Origin: an uncultured Ectothiorhodospiraceae bacterium
GTDB lineage: Bacteria; Pseudomonadota; Gammaproteobacteria; UBA9214
Direction: 5' to 3'
Assembly: GCA_964443845.1 (NCBI GenBank)
Contig: CAYUFA010000002.1
Location: 4,595-68,594 of the forward strand
Length of the DNA stretch: 64,000 nt
Of the stretch, positions 20,901 to 32,144 are shown in pieces. Every line of letters starts with the position of its first letter. Positions within the stretch are counted from its first letter, which is position 1. The notes below the pieces were generated by a model, which made no database searches, was not told the origin of the DNA, and saw only the letters and a program-made list of their open reading frames with translations. Position numbers and translations under genes: made by a program.

Positions 20901-21368
20901 TCACTGAACCAGCGGGTATTGTTTCTCCTGCCATTCCTCCATGCCCCTGCGGAACCAGTACAGGTTGGTGTAGCCGCAGTCCCGGGCGATCACGGCGGCC
21001 CTGGCGCTGCGTCCGCAGCGAATGCCGTTACAGTAAAACAGGACCGGTGTGGTCAGCCCGGGGATGACCTTTGCCAGCGAGGTGCAACTGGTGTCGATGT
21101 CCGGCAGGCTGATCGATCCTTCGATATAGCCTTCGAGGCGGTCCGCCTTGATGCGCGAGTCGACCAGCACCAGGGACGGAGTGTGCATGACCTGCTCGAT
21201 CAGCCCCTCGGCATCGACGACGTGCACCCCGTCGATCCGTTCCGGGCTGACGATATGGTCGGCGTGGTGGTGGACGGCCCCTTGCCCGGCGGATAGCGGC
21301 GGGGCACACGGGCCGCCCAGCACCACGCCCAGCAATACCGCCAGATAGCATGAAGCGGTCCTGCACAT
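20901..21368 (-). CDS. Periplasmic rhodanese-like domain protein
   Basis: Signal peptide and an active-site loop, FYCNGIRCGRS. Confidence 0.85.
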   Translation of the reverse strand: MCRTASCYLAVLLGVVLGGPCAPPLSAGQGAVHHHADHIVSPERIDGVHVVDAEGLIEQVMHTPSLVLVDSRIKADRLEGYIEGSISLPDIDTSCTSLAKVIPGLTTPVLFYCNGIRCGRSARAAVIARDCGYTNLYWFRRGMEEWQEKQYPLVQ

Positions 21369-21614
21369 GTGGAAACGTTCCCCCGGACCGTTGCCCCGAT
21401 GACCGCGCCGCGCGTCCCGGCTGCGTGGTGCCGGGCGCGCGCGGGTGGCGAGCGGCCAGTGTAGCGCAAGCGTTTCCTCCGACCAATCCGGCCCGGGGCT
21501 GCGGCCGGCGGGCGCTCGATTGCAGGTATGGTTAGCGCGGCACCGCCAGATCGGCTATTATCTGCTGCGCGCGGGTTCCGGTTAATTTCACCAACTTCAT
21601 AAAGTTATATAGAT

Positions 21615-22874
21615 ATGTTTAATCAAGATATGCATATTGCCGGCTATGACGACGAGCTCTGGGCGGCGTTCCAGGGCGAGCAACGCCGCCAGGAAGACCA
21701 CATCGAGCTGATTGCCTCGGAGAATTATGCCAGTCCGCGGGTGCTGGAAGCGCAGGGTTCGGTGCTCACCAACAAGTACGCCGAGGGCTACCCGGGCAGG
21801 CGCTACTACGGTGGTTGCGAGTTTGTCGATATCGCCGAACAGCTGGCGATCGACCGGGCCAGGCAGCTGTTCGGCGCGGACTACGCCAACGTGCAGCCCC
21901 ATTCCGGGTCGCAGGCCAATGCCGCCGTTTACATGGCGCTGCTCCAGCCGGGCGATACCATCCTGGGCATGAGCCTGGATGCCGGCGGTCACCTCACGCA
22001 TGGTGCCAAGCCGAACTTTTCCGGCAAGCTCTACCATGCCGTGCAGTACGGGCTGAACAATGCCACCGGCGAGATCGACTACGACCAGGCCGAGACGCTG
22101 GCCCGGGAGCACCGGCCGAAGATGGTGGTCGCGGGCTTTTCGGCCTACTCGCGCGTGGTCGACTGGCAGCGCTTCCGTGCGCTTGCCGACAGCATCGGCG
22201 CGTACCTGTTCGTGGACATGGCGCACGTCGCCGGGCTGATCGCCGCGGGCCTGTATCCCAGCCCGGTGCAGATCGCCGACATCACCACCACCACCACGCA
22301 CAAGACGCTGCGCGGACCGCGCGGCGGCCTGATCCTGGCGAAGGCCAACCCGGAGATCGAGAAGAAACTCAACTCGATGGTGTTCCCCGGTATCCAGGGC
22401 GGCCCGCTGATGCACGTGATCGCGGCCAAGGCAGTGGCGCTGAAAGAGGCACTGGACCCTGCCTTCCGCGTCTACCAGCAACAGGTGCTGGATAACGCCC
22501 GTGCCATGGCGGCGGTGTTCCTGGAACGTGGCTACCACGTGGTTTCCGGCGGCACCGATGACCACCTGTTCCTGGTCGACCTCATCGACAAGGGGCTGAC
22601 CGGCAAGGCGGCCGATGCCGCGCTCGGTGCCGCGCACATCACCGTGAACAAGAACGCGGTGCCGAACGATCCGCAGTCCCCGTTCGTAACCAGCGGGATT
22701 CGCGTCGGCACCCCGGCCATGACCACGCGCGGCATGGGCGTGAACGAGGCGCGCGAGCTGGCCGGCTGGATGTGCGACGTGCTGGATGACGTCGAAAACC
22801 CGGCCGTGAGCGAGACGGTGCGCGGCAAGGTGCAGGACCTGTGCCGGCGCTTCCCGGTCTACGGGGCGCAGTAG
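21615..22874 (+). CDS. glyA: Serine hydroxymethyltransferase
   Basis: Typical GlyA sequence, including the [17 protein letters not shown]-lysine motif. Confidence 0.98.
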   Translation: MFNQDMHIAGYDDELWAAFQGEQRRQEDHIELIASENYASPRVLEAQGSVLTNKYAEGYPGRRYYGGCEFVDIAEQLAIDRARQLFGADYANVQPHSGSQANAAVYMALLQPGDTILGMSLDAGGHLTHGAKPNFSGKLYHAVQYGLNNATGEIDYDQAETLAREHRPKMVVAGFSAYSRVVDWQRFRALADSIGAYLFVDMAHVAGLIAAGLYPSPVQIADITTTTTHKTLRGPRGGLILAKANPEIEKKLNSMVFPGIQGGPLMHVIAAKAVALKEALDPAFRVYQQQVLDNARAMAAVFLERGYHVVSGGTDDHLFLVDLIDKGLTGKAADAALGAAHITVNKNAVPNDPQSPFVTSGIRVGTPAMTTRGMGVNEARELAGWMCDVLDDVENPAVSETVRGKVQDLCRRFPVYGAQ

Positions 22875-22892
22875 GCGGAGCGGAACGCGTTC

Positions 22893-23393
22893 ATGTACTG
22901 CCCGTTTTGCGGAAAGACGGATACCAAGGTCATCGACTCCAGGCTGGCCAGCGAAGGCGCCCAGGTGCGGCGCCGGCGTGAGTGTCTGGACTGCGGCGAG
23001 CGTTTCACCACCTTCGAATTCGCCGAGCTGGTCATGCCGCGCATCATCAAGAGCAACGGTGACCGCGAACCGTTCAACGAAAAGAAACTGGTCGGCGGTA
23101 TCATGCGGGCACTGGAAAAGCGCCCGGTGGAATCGGACAGCGTCGCCGCGGCGATCAGCCGGCTGCAGCACCGCTTGCGTGCCAGTGGTGAACGGGAAAT
23201 CCCTTCGCGCCAGCTGGGGGAATGGGTGATGAACGAACTACGGGCGCTGGACCAGGTCGCCTACGTGCGCTTCGCCTCGGTGTATCGCAGTTTCGAGGAC
23301 GTCAACGCCTTCCGCGAGGAGATCGAACGCCTGGAAAGCGAGCCGAGCGCGGAAGACCGCAAGAACCAGATCCCGCTGTTGCCGGAAGACTGA
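22893..23393 (+). CDS. nrdR: Transcriptional repressor NrdR
   Basis: [17 protein letters not shown] zinc ribbon followed by an ATP-cone. Confidence 0.97.
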   Translation: MYCPFCGKTDTKVIDSRLASEGAQVRRRRECLDCGERFTTFEFAELVMPRIIKSNGDREPFNEKKLVGGIMRALEKRPVESDSVAAAISRLQHRLRASGEREIPSRQLGEWVMNELRALDQVAYVRFASVYRSFEDVNAFREEIERLESEPSAEDRKNQIPLLPED

Positions 23394-23434
23394 GCGCCGG
23401 TGCCACCGGCCGCCGCCCGACCCCGGATCGAACC

Positions 23435-24538
23435 ATGTCTGCTGCCACCGATCATGCGTTCATGGCTCGCGCGCTGGCACTGGCCCGGCGCGGCCTGTAC
23501 AGCACCGACCCGAATCCCCGCGTGGGCTGTGTGCTGGCCCGGGGTGAGGTGACGCTCGGGGAGGGCTGGCACGAGCGGGCCGGGTCGCCGCACGCCGAGA
23601 TTCATGCCCTGCAACAGGCCGGCGCTGCCGCCCGCGGAGCCACGGCCTACATCACCCTGGAGCCGTGCTGCTACCACGGCCGGACCCCACCGTGCAGCGC
23701 CGCGCTGATTGCCGCCGGGGTGGCGCGCGTGGTGGTGGCGATGGAAGACCCCAACCCGCTGGTGGCCGGCCAGGGCCTGCAGGCCCTGCGCACGGCGGGT
23801 ATCGAGGTGAGCACAGGCGTGCTGGGTGCGCAGGCGGAACAGCTCAATCCCGGCTTCGTCAAACGCATGCGCACCGGCCTGCCCTGGGTGCGCGTCAAGC
23901 TGGCGCAGAGCCTGGACGGACGTACCGCGATGGCGAGCGGCGAGAGCCAGTGGATCACCGGTCCGTCCGCGCGTGCCGACGTGCAGCGCCTGCGCGCGCG
24001 CAGTTCCGCCATCCTGACCGGGATCGATACCGTGCTGGCGGACGATCCGGCGCTGACGGTACGGCTGGATGACCTGCCCGTACCGCGCCAGCCGTTGCGG
24101 GTGATCCTGGACAGCCGGCTGCGCATGCCGCCGACGGCGCGCCTGCTCGACCTGCCGGGCGCGACGCGGATCCTGACCGGCAGCCACGACGGGGCACGGG
24201 CCGTGGCGCTGCAGCGCGAGCGTGTGGCGGTCATGGTGCTGCCGCTGGCCGGGGAGCGGCTCGATCTCGCCGCGGCGCTGCGCCATCTCGGCGAGCTGGG
24301 CATGAACGAGATACAGGTCGAGGCGGGTGCGACGCTCAACGGTGCCCTGCTCGCGGCCGGCCTGGTCGACGAGCTGGTGCTGTATCTGGCACCGCACCTG
24401 ATGGGCGACGGGGCCCGCGGGCTGTTTCACTTGCCGGGGCTGGCGCGCATGGAACAGCGCGTCGGCCTGACGATCCGGGATGTCCGCGCCGTCGGCAGCG
24501 ACTGGCGGATTACGGCCGTACCCAGGACCTCACAGTGA
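23435..24538 (+). CDS. ribD: Bifunctional diaminohydroxyphosphoribosylaminopyrimidine deaminase / 5-amino-6-(5-phosphoribosylamino)uracil reductase
   Basis: HAEIHAL and PCxxxGRTPPC deaminase motifs, 367 aa. The start was trimmed to MSAATDHAFM. Confidence 0.95.
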   Translation: MSAATDHAFMARALALARRGLYSTDPNPRVGCVLARGEVTLGEGWHERAGSPHAEIHALQQAGAAARGATAYITLEPCCYHGRTPPCSAALIAAGVARVVVAMEDPNPLVAGQGLQALRTAGIEVSTGVLGAQAEQLNPGFVKRMRTGLPWVRVKLAQSLDGRTAMASGESQWITGPSARADVQRLRARSSAILTGIDTVLADDPALTVRLDDLPVPRQPLRVILDSRLRMPPTARLLDLPGATRILTGSHDGARAVALQRERVAVMVLPLAGERLDLAAALRHLGELGMNEIQVEAGATLNGALLAAGLVDELVLYLAPHLMGDGARGLFHLPGLARMEQRVGLTIRDVRAVGSDWRITAVPRTSQ

Positions 24539-24549
24539 GGAGCGATGCG

Positions 24550-25227
24550 ATGTTTACCGGGATCATCCAGGCAGTGGGTCACATCGCGCGGCTGGAGCCG
24601 CGCGGCGGCGACCTGCGCCTCACCGTGCAGGCCGGCACCCTGCCGCTCGACGATGTGGCGCCCGGCGACAGTATCGCGGTCAGCGGGGTGTGCCTGACCG
24701 TGGTGGAAAAGACTGCGCAGGCATTCGTGGCCGACGTGTCCGGCGAGACCCTGCGCCTGACCACGCTCGGTGCGCTCGCGGTCCGCGACCGGGTCAATCT
24801 CGAAAAGGCCCTGACGCTGGCCACGCGCCTCGGTGGCCACCTGGTCAGCGGGCACGTCGATGGCGTGGGCGAAGTCACGGCACGCGACGCGGACAGCCGC
24901 TCGGTGCGCTTCACCGTGCGTGCCCCGGATGCCCTGGCGCGCTACATCGCGGTGAAGGGGTCGATCTGCGCGGACGGCGTCAGCCTGACCGTGAATGCGG
25001 TCAACGGGGCCGCCTTCGAACTCAACATCGTGCCGCACACCCTGAGCGAAACCACGCTGGACGGCTGGCGGCCCGGCCGCCGCGTCAACCTGGAAGTCGA
25101 CCTGCTGGCACGTTACCTGGAGCGCCTGCTGCAGGGCGAGGCGGCCGCGCAGCCGGGCGCGGCCGGACTGACCCGCGGGCAACTGGCGGCGTACGGCTTC
25201 GGCACGGCGGGCGACGGCGACGCCTGA
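24550..25227 (+). CDS. ribE: Riboflavin synthase
   Basis: MFTGIIQAVG N-terminus and an internally duplicated fold. Confidence 0.95.
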   Translation: MFTGIIQAVGHIARLEPRGGDLRLTVQAGTLPLDDVAPGDSIAVSGVCLTVVEKTAQAFVADVSGETLRLTTLGALAVRDRVNLEKALTLATRLGGHLVSGHVDGVGEVTARDADSRSVRFTVRAPDALARYIAVKGSICADGVSLTVNAVNGAAFELNIVPHTLSETTLDGWRPGRRVNLEVDLLARYLERLLQGEAAAQPGAAGLTRGQLAAYGFGTAGDGDA

Positions 25228-25279
25228 ATCGTGGATAATGACCGGCCACGGGCGAGAATGTTTTTGAAGTTGTGATTGT

Positions 25280-26386
25280 ATGTCATTGAACACCATAGAG
25301 GAGATCATCGAGGATATCCGTGCCGGGCGCATGGTGATCCTGCTGGATGACGAGGATCGCGAGAACGAGGGCGATCTCGTCATGGCGGCGTCCATGGTGC
25401 GGCCGGAAGACATCAACTTCATGGCCAGTCACGGGCGCGGCCTGATCTGCCTGACACTGACGCGCGAGCGTTGTGCCCAGCTCGCCCTGCCGTTGATGGT
25501 GCAGGGCAACGCCTCGCTGCACTCGACCAACTTCACCCTGTCCATCGAGGCCGCGCAGGGCGTGACCACCGGCATCTCCGCGCACGACCGTGCGCGCACC
25601 GTGCAGGCCGCCGTGGCGCCCAACGCCGGGCCCAGCGACCTCGTGCAGCCGGGACACATCTTCCCGCTCATGGCGCAACCCGGCGGTGTACTGACGCGTG
25701 CCGGGCATACCGAGGCCGGCTGCGACCTGGCGCGGCTGGCCGGTCTGGAGCCGGCGGCCGTGATCGTCGAGATCCTGAAAGAGGACGGCAGCATGGCGCG
25801 GCGCCCCGACCTGGAGGCCTACGCGCAAAAGCACGAGCTCAGGATGGGCACCATCGAGGAGCTCATCCGCTACCGGATCGAGAACGAAAAGACCGTCACC
25901 CGTGCCGCGCAGCGGCGTATTGCCACGGAGTACGGGGACTTCCTCATCCACGCCTATCACGACGCGATCGACGGCGCCGTGCACCTGGCGCTGGTGATGG
26001 GCGAGATCGACCCCGACCAGCCGACGCTGGTGCGCGTGCAGTTGCACGATACCCTGAGTGACCTGGTCGGCATCCATACCGGGGGACAGCACTGGCCGTT
26101 GCGCGACGCCCTGCGGCGCGTCGCGCAGGAAGGCCGCGGCGTGGTCGTGATCCTGCGCCCCAACGAGCCGGCCGACGTGCTGATCGAACAGATCCGCGGT
26201 TACCATGTCCCGCCGGCCAGTGCACCGTCCCCCGCCGCGGGCAAGCCGGACGAACTGCGCACCTACGGGATCGGCGCACAGATCCTGGCCGACCTCGGTG
26301 TGCGCCGCATGCGTGTCATGAGCGCGCCGAAGATCGTGCACGGTATCGCCGGTTTCGGGCTGGAAGTCGTCGATTACGTGTCATGA
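25280..26386 (+). CDS. ribBA: Bifunctional 3,4-dihydroxy-2-butanone-4-phosphate synthase / GTP cyclohydrolase II-like protein
   Basis: DRENEGDL motif and a two-domain length of 368 aa. Confidence 0.93.
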   Translation: MSLNTIEEIIEDIRAGRMVILLDDEDRENEGDLVMAASMVRPEDINFMASHGRGLICLTLTRERCAQLALPLMVQGNASLHSTNFTLSIEAAQGVTTGISAHDRARTVQAAVAPNAGPSDLVQPGHIFPLMAQPGGVLTRAGHTEAGCDLARLAGLEPAAVIVEILKEDGSMARRPDLEAYAQKHELRMGTIEELIRYRIENEKTVTRAAQRRIATEYGDFLIHAYHDAIDGAVHLALVMGEIDPDQPTLVRVQLHDTLSDLVGIHTGGQHWPLRDALRRVAQEGRGVVVILRPNEPADVLIEQIRGYHVPPASAPSPAAGKPDELRTYGIGAQILADLGVRRMRVMSAPKIVHGIAGFGLEVVDYVS

Positions 26387-26459
26387 CCAGCGGGCCTGAC
26401 TGTTCGCGGACGGCGTCCGCTCCTACAATGGACCGGATCTTCCGGGAAGGAATGGAAAC

Positions 26460-26936
26460 ATGCATGACATCACAGTAAAGGAAGGCGACCTGGTGGTGCG
26501 GGATGCACGCATTGCCCTGCTGGTCTCGCGCTTCAACAGTTTCGTGGTGGAGAGCCTGCTGGCCGGGGCCCTCGATACGCTCAAGCGCCACGGCGCGGAC
26601 GATCGTGACCTGCAGATCGTGCGCGTGCCGGGCGCCTGGGAAATTCCCTTCGTGGCCCAGCGCCTCGCGGCCAGCAAGCGCTGCGATGCGATCATCGCGC
26701 TCGGTGCCGTGATCCGGGGCGGTACGCCACACTTCGAGTACGTGGCCGGCGAATGCACGAAGGGACTGTCCATGGTGCAGATGAAATACGATATCCCGGT
26801 AGCCTTCGGCGTACTGACCGTGGACACGATCGAGCAGGCCGTCGAGCGTGCCGGCACCAAGGCCGGCAACAAGGGTGCCGAGGCGGCGCTGTCCACGATC
26901 GAGATGATCAGTCTGCTGCGCAACCTGGAGACCTAG
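26460..26936 (+). CDS. ribH: 6,7-dimethyl-8-ribityllumazine synthase
   Basis: Typical RibH sequence ([12 protein letters not shown]). Confidence 0.95.
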   Translation: MHDITVKEGDLVVRDARIALLVSRFNSFVVESLLAGALDTLKRHGADDRDLQIVRVPGAWEIPFVAQRLAASKRCDAIIALGAVIRGGTPHFEYVAGECTKGLSMVQMKYDIPVAFGVLTVDTIEQAVERAGTKAGNKGAEAALSTIEMISLLRNLET

Positions 26937-26943
26937 CACCGGG

Positions 26944-27402
26944 ATGAACCTGCCGCACCCCGCCCATGCGCGCAGCCGGGCGCGCCGCTTCGCCATGCAG
27001 GCGCTGTACCAGCGCGACCTGTCGGGTACCGAATTGCACGAGATTCGCAACCAGTTCCTGGAACACGAGGATTTCTCCGCGGCCGATCGTGAGTATTTCG
27101 TCGAGCTGTTCAATCAGGTGACCCTGCACATGGCCGAACTCGACACGCGGATCGGCCGCTACGTCGACCTGCCACCGGGCCGGCTGGATCCGGTGGAACG
27201 CGCCATCCTGCGTATCGGCGCGTGGGAGTTGCTGTCCCGTTCCGATATTCCCTATCGCGTGGTGCTCAATGAGGCGGTGCAACTGGCCAAGAAGTTCGGG
27301 GCGGAGCAGGGACACACGTTCGTGAACGGCGTGCTCGACCGGCTCGCGCAGGAACTGCGCCCGCTCGAGTACGGGAAAGCGGGCAGGCGGTCGGGCCACT
27401 GA
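26944..27402 (+). CDS. nusB: Transcription antitermination factor NusB
   Basis: RRFAMQALYQ motif and ribH-nusB-thiL synteny. Confidence 0.95.
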   Translation: MNLPHPAHARSRARRFAMQALYQRDLSGTELHEIRNQFLEHEDFSAADREYFVELFNQVTLHMAELDTRIGRYVDLPPGRLDPVERAILRIGAWELLSRSDIPYRVVLNEAVQLAKKFGAEQGHTFVNGVLDRLAQELRPLEYGKAGRRSGH

Positions 27403-27420
27403 CGCCCCGTGTCTGCGCCC

Positions 27421-28401
27421 ATGTCCGGCGACGAGTTCGACCTCATCCGGCGCTATTTCACGCAGCAAGCGGTGGCGCGCAGCGACGTGCTCCTCGGGGT
27501 GGGCGATGACGCGGCGCTGCTGCGGGTCGGCAGCCTGGCCGACCTGGCCGTGTGCATGGACACACTCGTCGCCGGCGTGCATTTTCCGGAGCAGACGCCG
27601 CCGGCCGCCATCGGCCACAAGGCGCTGGCCGTCAACCTCAGCGATCTCGCCGCCATGGGCGCGGAGCCGGCCTGGGCGACCCTGGCGCTGACGCTGCCCG
27701 CCCGTGATGATCACTGGCTGGATGAGTTCGCGCGCGGTTTTTTCGCGCTGGCCACGCAGTACAACGTGCAACTGGTCGGCGGTGATACCACGCGTGGTCC
27801 CCTGTCGGTCACCGTGCAGGCGCATGGCCTGCTGCCGCACGGCACCGCCCTGCGCCGAAGCGGTGCCCGGCCCGGGGACCGTGTGTACGTGACCGGTACG
27901 CTCGGGGACGCCGGCCTGGCGTTGCACCTGCGGCAGGTCGCTGGCAGCGCGCTGCGCGCGCGTTTCGAGTTTCCGCAGCCCCGGGTCGGGATCGGGGTTG
28001 CGCTGCACGGCCTGGCTTCCGCGGCCATCGATATTTCCGACGGACTGCTGGCCGACCTGGGGCACCTGCTGGAGACGGATGCGCTGGGCGCCGTCATCGA
28101 GGTCGACGCCCTGCCGCGTTCCCCGGCCTTCCTGGAAGTGATCGATGCCCCCGGGATCGGCCGCAGCCCGTTGTACTACGAGCTGCCGCTGGCGGCCGGG
28201 GATGACTACGAACTGTGTTTCACGGTGCCGCCGGAGCACTGCGCGGCACTGGAGCAGTCCCTGGGCCGGTTCGATTGCCGCTACACGGCCATCGGGACCA
28301 TCGAGGCCACGCCGGGCATCCGCTGTGTCCGCGCCGGCGGGGAACCGTACCAGCCGGCGGCCACCGGCTATGTCCATTTCCGGGAGGATCCGGATGACTG
28401 A
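27421..28401 (+). CDS. thiL: Thiamine-monophosphate kinase
   Basis: The MSGDEFDLIRRYF N-terminus aligns with that of E. coli ThiL. The ORF opens at GTG 27409, which is an alternative start. Confidence 0.9.
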   Translation: MSGDEFDLIRRYFTQQAVARSDVLLGVGDDAALLRVGSLADLAVCMDTLVAGVHFPEQTPPAAIGHKALAVNLSDLAAMGAEPAWATLALTLPARDDHWLDEFARGFFALATQYNVQLVGGDTTRGPLSVTVQAHGLLPHGTALRRSGARPGDRVYVTGTLGDAGLALHLRQVAGSALRARFEFPQPRVGIGVALHGLASAAIDISDGLLADLGHLLETDALGAVIEVDALPRSPAFLEVIDAPGIGRSPLYYELPLAAGDDYELCFTVPPEHCAALEQSLGRFDCRYTAIGTIEATPGIRCVRAGGEPYQPAATGYVHFREDPDD

Positions 28402-28876
28402 CGCGATCCCCCCGCGCCTGTTGCTGCATCCGCTGGACTTGCTCGCGCTCGGTTTCGGCAGCGGTCTGGTGCCGCGTGCGCCCGGCACGGCCGGAACGCT
28501 GGCCGCCATCCCGCTGTACCTGCTGGCCGCTCCACTGCCGCCGCTGTATTACCTGCTGCTGGTCGTGCTGCTGTTCCTGGCCGGCATCGGGATCTGTGCC
28601 CATGCGGCCGGACGACTCGGTGTGCACGATCATCCCGGGATCGTCTGGGACGAGATCGTCGGTTACCTGGTGACCATGACGCTGGCCCCGCCGGGCTGGG
28701 TCTGGATCGGCCTCGGCTTCGTGCTGTTTCGCCTGTTCGATATCCTGAAACCCTGGCCGATCCGCTGGTGCGACCGGCAGGTACAGGGCGGATTCGGCAT
28801 CATGCTGGACGACCTGCTGGCCGGGGTGTGCGCTGCGGTGGTGTTGCAGGTTGCCATCCGGCTGCTGCCGGCGTGA
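28394..28876 (+). CDS. pgpA: Phosphatidylglycerophosphatase A
   Basis: FGSGL...PGTAGT motif and a membrane protein of 160 aa. It overlaps the thiL stop. Confidence 0.9.
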   Translation: MTDAIPPRLLLHPLDLLALGFGSGLVPRAPGTAGTLAAIPLYLLAAPLPPLYYLLLVVLLFLAGIGICAHAAGRLGVHDHPGIVWDEIVGYLVTMTLAPPGWVWIGLGFVLFRLFDILKPWPIRWCDRQVQGGFGIMLDDLLAGVCAAVVLQVAIRLLPA

Positions 28877-28993
28877 CACGCCCCGGGATTGCGGCGGGTG
28901 CGTGAGGTTGTCGACGGGTAACCGCAGCAGGTGCGCCCGACACCCTGCGCCGGTTGCGCACCGCCAGGCGGGCCGGGCGGAAGCGGGTGCCAT

Positions 28994-29713
28994 TCAGCTC
29001 AGCGGCTGCTTGAGTACCCTTTCCAGCCACCTTGCATAGATGGTGTCCGCCACCCGTTGGGCCGCCTCGATCCGGGCCTCGAGGTTCTCGGTCATTTCCC
29101 AGCGGGACTGGATGGTGGCGTCGGGTTCGGCGATTTCCTCCGAGTACAGCTCGGACCAGACACCGACCATCGGCGCGGTCAGCTCGACGTGACACTGCAG
29201 CGCCAGGGTGTTGCCGGTCACGAAGCCCTGGTTCGCGCAATGCTCGCTTTCCAGGATGCGTTCCGCACCCTCCGGGATGGAGAAGGTCTCGCCGTGCCAG
29301 TGAAACAGGGTCATCCGGTCCGGCAACCCTTCCAGCCAGCGCCGGGCCTGGGCCCCTGCCGTCTTGCACACCGGCAGCCAGCCGATCTCCTTGACCGGGT
29401 TACGTGTCACCGTGCCGCCCAGCGCCTTGCTGATGAGCTGGCCGCCGAGGCAATGGCCCAGCACCGGTACGCCGGCGGCCTGGGCCAGGCGGATCAGGTT
29501 CAGCTCCTGCCCGATCCACGGCAGGTCATCGTTCACGCTCATCGGTCCGCCCATGAACACCAGCCCGGCGCAGTCGGGCAGGGTGGCGGGAACCGGATCG
29601 TCGTGGTCGACGCAGACCATCCGGAACGGAATGCCGCGTTGCTCCAGCACGCTGCCGAGGTAGCCGGGACCTTCGCAGCCGATATGACGAAAGACATACA
29701 GGGGTTTCATCAC
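28994..29713 (-). CDS. Class I glutamine amidotransferase-like protein
   Basis: GATase1 motifs: LGHCLGGQL (nucleophile Cys) and a downstream His/Glu region. Confidence 0.85.
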   Translation of the reverse strand: MMKPLYVFRHIGCEGPGYLGSVLEQRGIPFRMVCVDHDDPVPATLPDCAGLVFMGGPMSVNDDLPWIGQELNLIRLAQAAGVPVLGHCLGGQLISKALGGTVTRNPVKEIGWLPVCKTAGAQARRWLEGLPDRMTLFHWHGETFSIPEGAERILESEHCANQGFVTGNTLALQCHVELTAPMVGVWSELYSEEIAEPDATIQSRWEMTENLEARIEAAQRVADTIYARWLERVLKQPLS

Positions 29714-29811
29714 GGGCCCATCGGTGGGGTCAGGGGGAATGCCGGGTCGTCAGCCGGCGGGTGTTGTTGGTACCAACGCGCAGTTCTCCTGGAGCATGCA
29801 GCCGGACAGTC

Positions 29812-30630
29812 CTAGGACTCGTCCTTGACGTGCCGGATCATGGCATAGGCGGAGTGGTTGTGGATCGACTCGAAATTCTCCGCTTCCACCGTGTAGGCCT
29901 CGACGCGGTTGTCCGCGTTCAGGCGGGTGGCGACATCACGCACCACGTCTTCCACGAACTTGGGGTTGTTGTAGGCCTTTTCGGTCACGTATTTCTCGTC
30001 CGGCCGCTTGAGCAGGCCGTACAGCTCGCAGGAAGCCTCGCGCTCGACCAGTTCGATCAGATCCTCGATCCAGACAAAGCCGTTGGTGCACGCGTTGATC
30101 GTCACGTGGGAGCGCTGGTTGTGGGCGCCATAGGCGGAAATCTTCTTCGAGCAGGGACACAGGCTGGTGACCGGAACGACAACCTTGATGTTCAGCTTCG
30201 GCATGCCGTCGGTGATTTCGCCGATCAGCGTGACGTCATAGTCCAGCAGGCTCTGTACCCCGGACACCGGTGCCGACTTGTTGATGAAATAGCTGAAGTT
30301 CATCTCGATGTGGCCGGCTTCCGCCTCCAGCCGGTCGGCCATCTCGCGCAGCATCTGGCGGAACGATTCGATCGTGATCTCGTATTCGTGCAGGTTGAGG
30401 ATCTCCACGAAACGCGACATGTGCGTGCCCTTGAAGTTGTGCGGCAGGTTCACGTACATGTTGAAGTTGGCGATGGTGTGCTGCTCACGGCCGGTACGGT
30501 CGCGCACGCGGATGGGGTGACGAATGTCCTTGATGCCCACCTTGTCGATGGGCAGCCGGCGCGTGTCGAGGTTGCTTTGCACATCAGCCATCACGTCGCC
30601 GGTGCTGTGTGCCGATTTGGTCGATTTCAT
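29812..30630 (-). CDS. folE2: GTP cyclohydrolase I type 2 (FolE2 / GCYH-IB)
   Basis: FolE2-type sequence: [32 protein letters not shown]. Confidence 0.9.
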   Translation of the reverse strand: MKSTKSAHSTGDVMADVQSNLDTRRLPIDKVGIKDIRHPIRVRDRTGREQHTIANFNMYVNLPHNFKGTHMSRFVEILNLHEYEITIESFRQMLREMADRLEAEAGHIEMNFSYFINKSAPVSGVQSLLDYDVTLIGEITDGMPKLNIKVVVPVTSLCPCSKKISAYGAHNQRSHVTINACTNGFVWIEDLIELVEREASCELYGLLKRPDEKYVTEKAYNNPKFVEDVVRDVATRLNADNRVEAYTVEAENFESIHNHSAYAMIRHVKDES

Positions 30631-30819
30631 TGCCTTGTCATCCGGTTGGTTGCAGGCGATCGGCCCGCGAGGTTATCAAATTCTTCAGCGTACCTGCCGG
30701 CTGCGGGACTGCCCATCCCCCAAAGGGCTATCCGGGCAAGGCAGGGAACCGGTGAAGGCCCGTGCGGTTGCCCCGGATACTAGCGCAGTGCGCGAACCGC
30801 TGCCAGTGGTGCTGGTGCT

Positions 30820-31719
30820 TTATCTTTCCCTTTCAATGATATACAGGGATATCCGGCGCAGGGGGTCGGCGCCCTGGTCGAACCCGGACAGGCTGTCGAG
30901 GGCCTCCTCGTGCAGTTCGCGGGCGCGCTGGCGTGCACTCTCCAGCCCGAGCAGGGACGGATAGGTGGATTTCTCGCGGGTACGGTCCATGCCGGTGTGC
31001 TTGCCCAGCGCGTGCACCTCCCCCTCGACGTCCAGGATATCGTCGCGGATCTGGAAGGCCAGCCCGATGCACTTTGCGTAATGGTCCAGTTGTTCGAGTT
31101 GTGCGGCGGTGGTGGCCGGGCCGCACAGCGCGCCCAGCACGACGCTGACCCGGACCAGGGCGCCGGTCTTGTGGATATGCATGTCTTCCAGTTCGGCGCT
31201 GTTCAGGTGCCGGCCGGTCGAGGCCAGGTCGATGGCCTGCCCGCCGGCCATGCCGCGCGAACCGGCCGCGCTGGCCAGGCGTTCCAGCATCTGCAGGCGC
31301 ACGCCTGTGTCCAGCCGGGGCGAGGTATGGCGGGCGAGGAGATGGAAGGCCAGTGATTGCAGGGCATCACCGGCCAGGATGGCCGTGGCCTCGTCGAAGG
31401 CGCGGTGACAGCTTGGCTTGCCACGGCGCAGGTCGTCGTCGTCCATGGCCGGCAGGTCGTCGTGGATCAGGGAATAGGCATGAATCAGTTCCACCGCCAC
31501 CGCCGGTGCGTCCAGCAGGACCGCAGGCGCTCCGGCCGCCCGGCCACTGGCATACACCAGGGCAGGGCGGATCCGCTTGCCGCCGCCCAGTGCACTGTAG
31601 CGCATGGCCTCGTGCAGCCTGGCGGGATGGGTGCTGGCGGGCGGGAGCCACTGTTCGAGGCAGCTGTCCAGCCGGGCACAGCTGTCCGCGAGGAAGGCCG
31701 GGAGGCTGTCGTCAGGCAT
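30820..31719 (-). CDS. ispA: (2E,6E)-farnesyl diphosphate synthase
   Basis: [14 protein letters not shown] and FQIRDDILD aspartate-rich motifs, 299 aa. It overlaps xseB. Confidence 0.93.
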   Translation of the reverse strand: MPDDSLPAFLADSCARLDSCLEQWLPPASTHPARLHEAMRYSALGGGKRIRPALVYASGRAAGAPAVLLDAPAVAVELIHAYSLIHDDLPAMDDDDLRRGKPSCHRAFDEATAILAGDALQSLAFHLLARHTSPRLDTGVRLQMLERLASAAGSRGMAGGQAIDLASTGRHLNSAELEDMHIHKTGALVRVSVVLGALCGPATTAAQLEQLDHYAKCIGLAFQIRDDILDVEGEVHALGKHTGMDRTREKSTYPSLLGLESARQRARELHEEALDSLSGFDQGADPLRRISLYIIERER

Positions 31720-31954
31720 CTTCGTCGCTGAACGGGACGACTTCTTCCTGTTCGTTCTTGCGCAACAGGATTTCGACCTTCTGCTCGGCCTCCCGCAGGG
31801 CCTGCTGGCAGGTGCGGGAGAGCCGGATTCCCTGCTCGAAATGTTGCAGCGAGTCTTCCAGGCTGAGCTCGCCCTGTTCCATCTTCTCGACCAGTCGTTC
31901 GAGTTCCTGCAGGGCCTGTTCAAATCCCGGAGTGGCGGGCTTTTTTCTGGTCAT
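31712..31954 (-). CDS. xseB: Exodeoxyribonuclease VII small subunit
   Basis: 80 aa with [26 protein letters not shown]. Confidence 0.93.
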   Translation of the reverse strand: MTRKKPATPGFEQALQELERLVEKMEQGELSLEDSLQHFEQGIRLSRTCQQALREAEQKVEILLRKNEQEEVVPFSDEDA

Positions 31955-32144
31955 AAGCTTGAATATTCGAGAAATTCCGCCTACGGTACAACACCGCCCC
32001 GACGGGGGTCAATGAAGGCCCGCAGGCGGCGCCGCTTGACGCAAATCGGGGGCGGGAGTAAGGTCGCAGGCACATGTAGACAGTGTCTAAATGTGAGGCA
32101 GTCCCCCCCTTCAATACCTACCGCACAAAGACAGAGGAACGATC

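Noticed and set aside
25228-25279. I looked for FMN, TPP and ZTP riboswitches upstream of ribBA, thiL, and glyA/purL.
   Set aside because: The spacers are too short (52 nt before ribBA; thiL abuts nusB). I could not recognise the conserved riboswitch cores in 21369-21614 or 11798-11899. A covariance-model scan would be needed to exclude them formally.
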